A stretch of 26,674 nucleotides of DNA from Phaeosaccion multiseriatum (GCA_965112735.1 CBCOSG010000006.1:1-26674), one strand, 5' to 3'; counted from the first letter of the stretch, positions 1-9,876 are shown. Translations and numbers: made by a program. The notes: a model not told the origin generated them from the letters alone.

Positions 1-1012
<1,012 letters not shown>

Positions 1013-1020
1013 TATATAAT

Positions 1021-1243
1021 ATAAAAATAACTAGATTTTGGTATATATATAATATCAATATCAATCTAATATCAAACATTAGAACTCGATTACGTAGATT
1101 GAGGAAAAAAAAAAAAAAAACCTTCTAAATCGCCAGACCCTCCTTCGAAGGAGATTTCGAAAGAGACTCCGAAAAAAGGAGAGCCAAAAAACTTGGAAGA
1201 GTTTGTCGAATGGTTACAATCCCGTTATAAAGAGGATTTTTAA
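1021..1243 (+). pseudogene. Possible small Lys/Pro-rich ORF or ORF remnant (no ATG; frame broken at the A16 run in this copy)
   Basis: Reads ...IRTRLRRLR-poly(K)-PSKSPDPPSKEISKETPKKGEPKNLEEFVEWLQSRYKEDF*. The frame is continuous in the arm B copy, where the run is 18 nt. Confidence 0.35.
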
Positions 1244-1246
1244 AAT

Positions 1247-1335
1247 ATTATAAAGATTATTTTTAAAATAATCTTTATAATGGAATTGTAACCATATAGT
1301 ATTTCTTTATTTATAAATTATTTATAAATAAAGAA
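1247..1335. terminator. Two AT-rich palindromes (1247-1281, 1303-1335), probable 3' stem-loops downstream of psbA
   Basis: attataaagattatttt-t-aaaataatctttataat and ttctttatttataaat-t-atttataaataaagaa are perfect inverted repeats. Function is inferred. Confidence 0.6.
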
Positions 1336-1353
1336 TAAATCTACAAATAAATA

Positions 1354-1435
1354 GCGGACATGGCGAAATTGGTAGACGCGTCAGGTTTAGATTCTGGTAA
1401 CGATAGTTATGAGAGTTCAAGTCTCTCTGTCCGCA
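1354..1435 (+). tRNA. trnL: tRNA-Leu(UAG)
   Basis: Acceptor GCGGACA/TGTCCGC-A, D-arm GGCGAAATTGGTAGACGC, anticodon loop TT-TAG-AT, long variable arm, GTTCAA T-loop. Confidence 0.95.
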
Positions 1436-1683
1436 AAAAGTATATTCCTTATTAAAATAATTAGCCCATCTTAAGAAAATATATAATATAAGAGATTTTG
1501 TATTTTTTAAAAAAACTGGGAAATAATATTTTTTGCTTAATAAAGTAGATACTAAATTTATACCTGGCTTGGCCATCAATAAATACAAATTTTATAGTCT
1601 AATTAAATAATAATTTTTTTATTCTGGAGTTAAAAGTAAAGAATATTTTATTTTTATATGTATAATTCTTAAAATTGAATTAT

Positions 1684-1854
1684 TTACTCTGAAGTTTTTT
1701 TTTCCAACTTATATATAAAACTTTTTTGTTTATTTGATAAGATAGATTTTGCTAAAGAAAACGCAGCTGTGGCACTAACTTTTGCTTTTTTTTTCCAGCT
1801 AGCTTTTCGCTTGTTTTTCATCATTTTGGAAGTACGTTTTTTTGGCACTGCCAT
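1684..1854 (-). CDS. rpl32: 50S ribosomal protein L32 (56 aa; not in the ORF track)
   Basis: Hand translation [40 protein letters not shown]...; GAGG upstream. Confidence 0.97.
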   Translation of the reverse strand: MAVPKKRTSKMMKNKRKASWKKKAKVSATAAFSLAKSILSNKQKSFIYKLEKKTSE

Positions 1855-1904
1855 TTTTTTATTCCTCTTTTTTTATTAATATATATTAATTGATCTTTAT
1901 AAGA

Positions 1905-2018
1905 TTAATTTGAAGTCATTCGGACTAATTGTTGCACGGCAACACGACCAATATTGTATAATGCCCAAGAAGCGGCAATTAATGCGGGGGCAAAGACAAT
2001 AAGAAGACGTGCATCCAT
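1905..2018 (-). CDS. psbY: Photosystem II protein Y (37 aa; not in the ORF track)
   Basis: Hand translation [37 protein letters not shown]. Confidence 0.96.
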   Translation of the reverse strand: MDARLLIVFAPALIAASWALYNIGRVAVQQLVRMTSN

Positions 2019-2204
2019 ATTTAACATTTTTAAAAAATATATAGTAGAAAGAATTAAATGTTAAACCGGACTATTTAAAGTTTAGAATTTATATAACTTT
2101 TTCTTTTTTATACATACTTATAATTTTAAATTATAGATTGTTGTTTTTCTTCAACATCTAAATAAAAGATCATAATAATAGAATTATAGCTAGTTTATTC
2201 TTAA

Positions 2205-4862
2205 TTAAGATGGAATAATTTTCGATGAAAACACGCCTAATAAAACAATATCTCTTATATCCTTTAATACCATATTGAATAATATTTGAGAACTTTCACA
2301 ATATTTATTAAAAGGATCTTTTTGACTATACGCTTCCCAATTTATAGATTCTTTTAAAAATGTCATATTTTCTAAATGTGTTGACCAATAAAAGTCTATA
2401 TATTTTAATAAAATTGCTTTTTCATATTGGGAAAGTAATTCAAACTCATAGGCGCCAAATTCATATTCTTTTGTATCGTAAACTGACCAAGCTTGTCTAT
2501 ATAAGAATGCACGGAAGTTTTCTAAATTTTTAATTTGTGGAGAAAGGGTTGAAACTGTCATATCCATGATACTTAATAATGAATATAGTTCAGTATTTGA
2601 TAAATTGTTCTCTACATTTGAAGTCATTGTAATTTTTAAGTTATCAATCAATTCATCAATAAAGCTTTCCATAAAACTGAGTATTAATTCTTTAAATCTT
2701 GAAGAAAAAACAATTTTTTTCCTAATATTTAAAATATAAAACCTGTGTTGATTTAAAACCTGGTCATACTTATCTAAATTTTTACGCTCATTATAAAAAT
2801 GACTTTCGATTTTTTCCTGAGCTGAATTGATTAAGTTAGAAAATAGTTGAGATTCAAGAGCTTGATCGGTTTTTTTCAAATTTAACATATCTACTGTGCT
2901 TGCCACATTTTTTCCACCGAAAATTTTTAATAGTGGATCTTCTAAACTTACAAAAAATCTAGAGCTACCAGGGTCTCCCTGTCTACCTGCCCGGCCACGA
3001 AGTTGATTATCAATCCGTCGTGATTCATGTCTTTCACTTCCAATTACATACAAACCACCAAGTTCTTTTATTATTTTTGCTTGTTCTTCACATTTTTTTT
3101 TATAATAATCTAATATTATTTCATAAATTTGATACATTCTTTGGTCAAAAATTTTTCTTTTATCTTTTCCTGAAGTTAAAAAATTTACATAATTATTAGT
3201 AGTTTTTTTAGTAAAAAGTTCCAAAATTTGGGCAGAATAATTTTTGTGTACATAATTTATTAAAGTATAAAAAATATTTTTTACATTAGAATCTAGGCTG
3301 ATATTTGAAATTTCATTATTAGCCAATTTTTGTAATAATTTTTTAAATTGACTACGGGCTTTAAATTCAGGATTACCTCCTAATAATATATCCGTTCCTC
3401 GGCCTGCCATATTGGTCGAAATAGTTATGGAGTTCAAGCAACCTGCTTGTGCAATAATTTGTGATTCTAATTTAGTAGTTTCGGGTTTAGCATTTAAAAG
3501 TTGGTGTGGAATCTCATACGCGGCCAACAAAAAAGAAAATATCTCAGAATTTTCAATTGTTGTAGTTCCTACAAGAATTGGACGACCTGTTTTATGAATT
3601 TCTTTAACTTCTAGACAGATAGCTTTCCATTTACTAAATTGATTAAAATAAATTAAATCTGATAGATCTTTCCGTATAATGGGTCTAAATGTTGGTAAGA
3701 CGACAACAGCTAAATTATAAGTATTTTCAAATTCAAGTTGCTCAGTTTTAGCTGTTCCAGTCATTCCTGACAATTTAGGATATAAGCGGAATAAATTTTG
3801 ATATGTAATCGATGCTAAGGTTTTTGTCTTTTGTAAATTTGTTAATCCTTCTTTTGCTTCAATTGCTTGGTGTAAACCTTCTCCCCATTTTCGTCCTTCC
3901 ATACTTCTTCCAGTAAATTTATCTATAATAACAACTTCATTATTTTGAACTATATAATCAATATTACGAAGAAATAAGCATTTTGCTCTAATTGCATTTA
4001 ATATGTAACCGATCCAAGGATCATTGGTAGTATAAAGATTATCAACTTTCAGTAAAACTTTACTTATATAAAATCCTAATTCTGTTAAACTCGCAGTTTT
4101 CGTTTTTTCATCAAGTTCAAAATGAAGGTTCTCTTTAAACCGTGTTATAAGTTGATCAGCTTTAAAAAATTTATCCAATCTAACTTTGGATAAGGTTGAA
4201 ATAATTATAGGTGTTCTGGCTTCATCAATTAGTACTGAGTCAATTTCATCGATAATACAAAAATTGAACCGTCGTTGAGTAATCTCATTCGTTTCTGTTA
4301 CTAAATTATCTCTTAGAAAATCAAATCCAATTTCTGTATTAGTAATGTAAGTAATATCACAAAGATAATTTTGTTTCCGTTCAGCTTGTGGCATATTCTC
4401 TTTAATTAAGCCAACCGTTAATCCTAAACATTGATAAATTTTTTGCATCCATTCCATATCCCGCTGTGCTAAATACTCATTTACTGTAATAATATGAACT
4501 CCTTCAGTAGATAGAGCATTTGTAGCGGCTGGACAACTTGCAACCAAAGTTTTCCCTTCACCAGTTGCCATTTCAGCGATTTTTCCTTCATTAAGAATTA
4601 ATCCACCAAGTAATTGAGTATCATAATGTCTTAAGCCTAAAGTTCGTTTAGATGCCTCACGAGTTAAAGCAAAAGTATTAGTAATAATTGAATTTGTAAG
4701 TTTGGCATTATTTGTCGACATAGTATTTTTTAACAAACCAATCCTTTCCTTAATTTCACTTGGTAAAAGAGTACTAAATTCATTTTCTAGTGCATTAATA
4801 TTTTGAATAATGGGCCGGTAAGTATTCCATAGTTTTTTTTCAGTAGAAAAATGTTGAATCAT
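2205..4862 (-). CDS. secA: Preprotein translocase ATPase SecA
   Basis: EMATGEGKT Walker A, IIDEIDSVLIDEARTP, TNMAGRGTDI, RHESRRIDNQLRGRAGRQGDPG. Confidence 0.99.
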   Translation of the reverse strand: MIQHFSTEKKLWNTYRPIIQNINALENEFSTLLPSEIKERIGLLKNTMSTNNAKLTNSIITNTFALTREASKRTLGLRHYDTQLLGGLILNEGKIAEMATGEGKTLVASCPAATNALSTEGVHIITVNEYLAQRDMEWMQKIYQCLGLTVGLIKENMPQAERKQNYLCDITYITNTEIGFDFLRDNLVTETNEITQRRFNFCIIDEIDSVLIDEARTPIIISTLSKVRLDKFFKADQLITRFKENLHFELDEKTKTASLTELGFYISKVLLKVDNLYTTNDPWIGYILNAIRAKCLFLRNIDYIVQNNEVVIIDKFTGRSMEGRKWGEGLHQAIEAKEGLTNLQKTKTLASITYQNLFRLYPKLSGMTGTAKTEQLEFENTYNLAVVVLPTFRPIIRKDLSDLIYFNQFSKWKAICLEVKEIHKTGRPILVGTTTIENSEIFSFLLAAYEIPHQLLNAKPETTKLESQIIAQAGCLNSITISTNMAGRGTDILLGGNPEFKARSQFKKLLQKLANNEISNISLDSNVKNIFYTLINYVHKNYSAQILELFTKKTTNNYVNFLTSGKDKRKIFDQRMYQIYEIILDYYKKKCEEQAKIIKELGGLYVIGSERHESRRIDNQLRGRAGRQGDPGSSRFFVSLEDPLLKIFGGKNVASTVDMLNLKKTDQALESQLFSNLINSAQEKIESHFYNERKNLDKYDQVLNQHRFYILNIRKKIVFSSRFKELILSFMESFIDELIDNLKITMTSNVENNLSNTELYSLLSIMDMTVSTLSPQIKNLENFRAFLYRQAWSVYDTKEYEFGAYEFELLSQYEKAILLKYIDFYWSTHLENMTFLKESINWEAYSQKDPFNKYCESSQILFNMVLKDIRDIVLLGVFSSKIIPS

Positions 4863-5010
4863 ACTTGTAATTTTTTATAAATATAAAAAGAAAAAAAGAC
4901 TTTCTAGTAATTAAGTAAAGGAAATTAGTCAGAATCGTGAGTCATTTCTATAGATGTTAGTTTGAAAATTATAATAATAAATGTGAGAGGGGGTTTAGTA
5001 CTCTTTTAAA

Positions 5011-5379
5011 TTAATAAATACAGTTATAAGCTAATGGACTTTTTAATTTCGATGAAGGACCAGTAAACTCACCTATTATTACATTATTAAATCTTAGTTT
5101 TAACCAAGTAACAAAATTTTTATTGGTAGAAACAAGAGCAATATTATTCGTTAAACATTCTTTTTTTATTGATTGCAGTTCGGGAAGTTCTAAAAATTGA
5201 GGACTTGGTAATAACCAGAAATCTAAACGTTTTTCAATTGAGCGATAATATTCTACCCGTTCCCGTAGTACTTCTTCAAAAGGTTCATGAATTAAAAGAA
5301 AATTTTGACTCCCTAAAACAAAATAGTATTGACTTTCCATTTTCATAAATTTTAAATAATGCTTACTTATTATAAGCAT
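5011..5379 (-). CDS. ycf54: Ycf54, accessory factor of the Mg-protoporphyrin monomethyl ester cyclase (true start may be 5346 or 5340)
   Basis: YYFVLGSQNFLL..EPFEEVLRER..YY....DFWLLPSPQFL and ALVSTNKNFVTWLKLR motifs. Confidence 0.93.
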   Translation of the reverse strand: MLIISKHYLKFMKMESQYYFVLGSQNFLLIHEPFEEVLRERVEYYRSIEKRLDFWLLPSPQFLELPELQSIKKECLTNNIALVSTNKNFVTWLKLRFNNVIIGEFTGPSSKLKSPLAYNCIY

Positions 5380-5705
5380 TTTTAATCATATTTACCCATT
5401 TAATTTATCTTTTTCTTATTTATTTATTTTTAAGCTTAAACAAAAAATGATTATACTCTGGAGCCTAACTCAATAAAACTTAAAAAAGCAAGACATAGAT
5501 TTAGTAAATTTACTTATTTTATATGTACGGATTTATATTATTTATACTAATATGCAGAATGGTATTATTAAACGTATTAGAAATTGAGTCGAGTTTGGTT
5601 AACCTAGTCCTTCTTTTAAAGTTTGATAAGTAAAAACGCAAATAGATACAATCTCCATATTTTTAATTATTACAATCAACATAAATAAAAAAATAAACGA
5701 TATTT

Positions 5706-6120
5706 ATGACAGCAAATTTAATAGCCATAGGAATTGGTATAGCAATTGGGATCTCACCATTACGGGATTCCGCATTCGCAAAATTTTTAATTCTCATTAC
5801 AGGAGGTTAAAAATTATGACAATGTTGCATATAATAGAAAGAGGCATGTAGTAAAAAAAGGCCTGCCTTATCTGTTTCCCATTGGAAGAACAGTAAAGAT
5901 TGCGCAGACGGGAATAAATGTGACAAATTCAACAAGTCCTGTAATATTAGCAAAAAATATTACAGTCACTGTTGTTGATTGTTGCTCACCACCACCTGTA
6001 CGGTTAGCGGCGCATTGTATTGGAGCGGAGGCTATTATTGCAGCCTCGGTTGTAAATCCGAATCCAATTACATTTGGGTCCGCTATGCATATGCTCGCAG
6101 AAATTTATGAAAAATGTTAA
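5706..6120 (+). pseudogene. Orphan ORF, probably one frameshifted gene of about 137 codons (34-aa ORF 5706-5810 plus open frame 5791-6120)
   Basis: MTANLIAIGIGIAIGISPLRDSAFAKFLILITGG* overlaps a 109-codon ATG-less frame ...NYDNVAYNRKRHVVKKGLPYLFPIGRTVKIAQTGINVTNSTSP...DCCSPPPVRLAAHC...EIYEKC*. Many G/C-ending codons. Confidence 0.6.
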
Positions 6121-6163
6121 TTAACTTAAATTATATTAATTAATATTTTTCATAAATTTCTGC
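6097..6163 (+). terminator. 28-bp stem-loop overlapping the stop codon of the orphan ORF
   Basis: 6097-6124 pairs with 6136-6163 with a single G.U pair; 11-nt loop. Confidence 0.75.
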
Positions 6164-6572
6164 TAGATACTCTCAGGCGTACTGGTGCGGATCCCCCTGC
6201 CAGGCAAAATTGTCTGCATCTCATCGCTAAAGGCTATTTCCTATGGGTGTATGAGCATAAGGGATCTATGCAATGCCCAACCTAAAAATCTATTATGTTA
6301 GATTCTAGGTTAGCATTTTCGCATTATGTTAGGCAGGTAATTAGAACTCTGCTATTTACACAAAGTTTAATCCTGTCTGCTTTTTTCGGCGTCATTACTC
6401 GTGTGTATTTAAACGGCACTATTGTGTAAATAAGTCTTGTAAATTAATACATTATTTAAAAATTCAATTTTTAAAAAATCATTAAAGCAAATAAATATAA
6501 TAAATTTATTTACTTTAATTTTATATATTAGGATTTTTTATATAGTTAGAGAGTTATTAATAGAAAAAATAG

Positions 6573-6644
6573 TCCTCAGTAGCTCAGTGGTAGAGCAATC
6601 GGCTGTTAACCGATTGGTCGTAGGTTCAAATCCTACCTGGGGAG
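6573..6644 (+). tRNA. trnN: tRNA-Asn(GUU)
   Basis: TCCTCAG/CTGGGGA-G acceptor, anticodon loop CT-GTT-AA, GGTTCAAATCC T-arm. Confidence 0.97.
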
Positions 6645-6711
6645 TTTATAGAAATTATAATTTATTTATTAATGTTGTAGAATTTAGATAAATATTAATA
6701 AATAAATTTTC

Positions 6712-7518
6712 ATGGTTTTAACAAATAAATTAATAATTGGGAACAAAGCTTTTGATTCACGTTTAATGTTAGGGACTGGAAAATATAAAGATTTAAAAGA
6801 AACAAAAGAGAGTATTTTACAAAGTAAATGTGAGATTATTACAGTTGCAGTTCGTCGACTTGATTTACAAGGTATAGAAAAAAACTCAAATTTAATTAAC
6901 TCTTTAAATTGGGATAAATTATGGCTACTTCCAAATACTGCAGGGGCAAAAACTGCTGAAGAAGCTATTAGATTAGGATTTTTAGGGAGAGAGATTGCTA
7001 AAAAAATTGGTCAAGTGGATAATAATTTTGTGAAACTTGAAGTTATTTCTGATTCTAAATATTTATTACCTGATCCAATTGGGACTATTAAGGCAGCAAA
7101 ATTTTTAATCAAGAAAGGATTTACAGTTTTACCGTATATTAATGCTGACCCTATGTTGGCTCAACACTTGGAGGATATTGGTTGCTCTACTATTATGCCT
7201 TTAGGCTCACCCATTGGTTCGGGACAAGGAATTAAAAATTTAACAAATATTAAAATTATTATCGAAAATGCCAGTATACCTGTTATAATTGATGCTGGAA
7301 TAGGAAGCCCTAGTGAAGCTGCGCTAGCTATGGAGATTGGTGCTGATGGGGTACTAGTAAATACTTCAATAGCCAAATCTAATAACCCAACTCTAATGGC
7401 AAAAGCGATGAAAAATGCAGTAAAGGCTGGGTACCAGGGTTATTTAGCTGGTTGTATTAAATCTGAACCTTTTGCACAAGCAAGTTCTCCTATTTATGGA
7501 AGTAGCTTTTTAAATTAA
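6712..7518 (+). CDS. thiG: Thiazole synthase ThiG
   Basis: [40 protein letters not shown] motifs. Confidence 0.98.
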   Translation: MVLTNKLIIGNKAFDSRLMLGTGKYKDLKETKESILQSKCEIITVAVRRLDLQGIEKNSNLINSLNWDKLWLLPNTAGAKTAEEAIRLGFLGREIAKKIGQVDNNFVKLEVISDSKYLLPDPIGTIKAAKFLIKKGFTVLPYINADPMLAQHLEDIGCSTIMPLGSPIGSGQGIKNLTNIKIIIENASIPVIIDAGIGSPSEAALAMEIGADGVLVNTSIAKSNNPTLMAKAMKNAVKAGYQGYLAGCIKSEPFAQASSPIYGSSFLN

Positions 7519-7594
7519 AAAAGAATATAGTACTTCTAGGATATTAAGTTATAAGATTTTACTTTTATATTCAAATAAATTCTGGAGATAAGAA

Positions 7595-7840
7595 ATGTCA
7601 CATGGTGTAAAAATATACGATACTTGTATTGGATGCACTCAATGTGTTCGAGCTTGTCCAACCGATGTTTTAGAAATGGTGGAATGGGAAGGTTGTCGAG
7701 CATCACAAATGGCTTCTGCACCACGGACAGAAGATTGTGTTGGTTGTAAGCGTTGTGAATCAGCTTGCCCTACTGATTTTTTAAGTATTCGAGTTTATTT
7801 AGGTGGAGAAACAACTCGTAGTATGGGCTTAGCTTATTAA
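7595..7840 (+). CDS. psaC: Photosystem I iron-sulfur centre PsaC
   Basis: Two CxxCxxCxxxCP motifs; C-terminus [10 protein letters not shown]. Confidence 0.99.
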   Translation: MSHGVKIYDTCIGCTQCVRACPTDVLEMVEWEGCRASQMASAPRTEDCVGCKRCESACPTDFLSIRVYLGGETTRSMGLAY

Positions 7841-7931
7841 ATTTTTTTCATTAAAGTAAGAACATTCTTTCTTTATAGGATAATAGATAGCTATCATGAT
7901 AATAGCTAAATTCCAATCAATTAATTTATAA

Positions 7932-8855
7932 CTATAAAACCCAACCGTAACTATGTAATCCTTGTCCTAAAAAATTTACTCCTAGGTAACATACCCAAAC
8001 TACAAAAAAACCTAAAGCAGCCAATGCTGCAGGGGCTTCTCCAGTCCATCCTTTAATAATTCGAGCGTGTAAATACGCAGCAAAAATTAACCATGTGATT
8101 AAAGCCCAAGTTTCTTTTGGATCCCAACTCCAATATGAACCCCAAGCCTCGTTAGCCCAAACCGCTCCTGCAATAATGCCTATAGTTAGGCATGGAAAAC
8201 CAAAACTGATAATACGGTAACTTAAACTATCTAAATTAGTTAATAATTTCTTTTTAGAAGAATGCTCAGTAAAAGTAGAGGTTAAATACACTTCCGTAGC
8301 TTGAAGTAAATTAGATTTTTTTAATGGAATTAATTTTACAGATTTTCTATTTAATTTCTTATTCCGTAAAATTAAAAATAAAATCGATAACAAAGAACCA
8401 GTTATTAATGTTCCGTAACTTAACATCATTAAACTAACATGCATCATTAACCAATTTGATTGGAGTGCTGGGACTAAAGGGCTAGCTTTTTGCAGCTCTA
8501 ATGGTAATGTAAAACTAGCAAAAGTATTAATTAATAATACAACGGGAAGAATAATTGCTCCAATTATTTTATTTTGAGCATTTTTCTCTAATACTATTTG
8601 TAAAAACAATAAAATACATGATAAAAATATTAATGATTCATAAAGATTACTTAGGGGAAAATATCCATGAAGAACCCAACGACTTCCCAAAAAAATTGAT
8701 AAAATGAGTGCAGCAATTTTTGAAGTAATATTTCCTAATCGGTATAGAGAATGAAAATTAGAAAAAACTAAATGAATCCAGTAAGATAACATTGCAGAGA
8801 ATAAACAAACGAAGCTTATATTTATAAATAAATTTTGGTAATTATCGAATAACAT
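7932..8855 (-). CDS. ccsA: Cytochrome c biogenesis protein CcsA
   Basis: FPLSNLYESL, PALQSNWLMMHV, WANEAWGSYWSWDPKETW (WWD domain), GLHSYG. Confidence 0.99.
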   Translation of the reverse strand: MLFDNYQNLFINISFVCLFSAMLSYWIHLVFSNFHSLYRLGNITSKIAALILSIFLGSRWVLHGYFPLSNLYESLIFLSCILLFLQIVLEKNAQNKIIGAIILPVVLLINTFASFTLPLELQKASPLVPALQSNWLMMHVSLMMLSYGTLITGSLLSILFLILRNKKLNRKSVKLIPLKKSNLLQATEVYLTSTFTEHSSKKKLLTNLDSLSYRIISFGFPCLTIGIIAGAVWANEAWGSYWSWDPKETWALITWLIFAAYLHARIIKGWTGEAPAALAALGFFVVWVCYLGVNFLGQGLHSYGWVL

Positions 8856-9330
8856 ATGTACAAATTTTATTAATTACTATATTCTATATTATATCATATA
8901 ATGTACACTATAGTAATTAGTAGAAAAAAATAATATGTCTTACGAAAATAAAAAACTAATTACAATATTGCAACAAGGGTTAAAAATTCGAGAAAATATA
9001 AAATATAATTATTACCTGATCACTGCAAACGGAGGACTGGGACGAATAATTTATAAAGAATAAAAAAAACTGTATCGAATTAAATACATTCTGTATAATC
9101 AGTCAAATTTAATAGCTTTTGGGAAGTTCTACTTAATAAGTTTAAATTGAGCTGGATCTAAACAACAAACTTATCAATATGTTTTAAATAAAAAGGAAAG
9201 GTAAGAGAAAATGAAAAGACTTTGTGATTAGACAAATAAACTCACTTTATAATTTAAACTATGGACAATATAAGGCTTTTAGTATTATTATATATAGGGG
9301 AATTTTAGATTTATCAACAGAGTTTTTCTT

Positions 9331-9645
9331 ATGAAATATGCTATCATTGAAGCTAGTGGGAAACAATTTTGGGCCGAATCTGGTAGGTTTATTGAATTAA
9401 ACCACATACAACAAGAATCTGGAACCCAACTTTTATTTAACCGAATTTTATTTGCCCGAAATCACGACTCTGTATTTATTGGACAGCCTTATCTAGAGAA
9501 AATAAAAATAGAAGCAGTGGTAGATAGCAATATTTTAGGTCCAAAAATTATGGTTTATAAAATGAAACCGAAAAAAAAATACAGAAAAAAAATTGGTTAT
9601 CGTCAAAAATTAACACGAATATTTATTGAAACAATTATATATTAA
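9331..9645 (+). CDS. rpl21: 50S ribosomal protein L21
   Basis: [36 protein letters not shown]. Confidence 0.97.
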   Translation: MKYAIIEASGKQFWAESGRFIELNHIQQESGTQLLFNRILFARNHDSVFIGQPYLEKIKIEAVVDSNILGPKIMVYKMKPKKKYRKKIGYRQKLTRIFIETIIY

Positions 9646-9656
9646 AAAAAAACAAT

Positions 9657-9812
9657 ATGGCACAAAGGACTTTAGGTGGAACAAAATTGAAAGCAATAAA
9701 AGTTTCAGGTTTCCGTGCAAAAATGGGAACAAAAACCGGCAAAAATATAATTAAGAAACGTCGGCAAAAAAATAGAAAAAAATTAACTATAAGTCAAAGA
9801 AATAAAGGTTAA
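9657..9812 (+). CDS. rpl34: 50S ribosomal protein L34 (51 aa; not in the ORF track; first 8 nt lie in the IR)
   Basis: Hand translation MAQRTLGGTKLKAIKVSGFRAKMGTKTGKNIIKKRRQKNRKKLTISQRNKG; RTL.GT, SGFRA.M.T..G and RR.K.R..L motifs. Confidence 0.93.
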   Translation: MAQRTLGGTKLKAIKVSGFRAKMGTKTGKNIIKKRRQKNRKKLTISQRNKG

Positions 9813-9876
9813 AAAATTAACCTCTTTTAAAATGTTTAATTTTATAAATTATATAACTTTACTTAGCGTTAATATT

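Noticed and set aside
1354-1435. Group I intron in trnL
   Set aside because: This is the UAG isoacceptor and it is contiguous at 82 nt.
1322-1588. 88-aa TTG-start ORF (and its copy at 20581-20847)
   Set aside because: Runs antisense through trnL; low-complexity AT-rich translation with no recognisable motif.
5400-5700. Coding or RNA gene upstream of ycf54
   Set aside because: Only very short frames with many stops and no recognisable motif; may be decayed insert DNA, but this cannot be supported.
5801-5851. Perfect AGGAGG followed by ATG at 5816 as a leader peptide or true start
   Set aside because: Gives only 11 aa out of frame with the long ORF; AGGAGG is explained by the Thr-Gly-Gly codons of the upstream ORF.
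6165-6432. tmRNA, SRP RNA, RNase P RNA or TPP riboswitch call
   Set aside because: No GGGGCTG/CTCCA ends, no GGAAG-AGCAG SRP loop, and no complete TPP core seen by eye. Left as an unidentified finding.
3412-7724. Short antisense ORFs 3412-3597, 7161-7376 and 7536-7724, plus their IR copies
   Set aside because: They overlap secA, thiG and psaC on the opposite strand.
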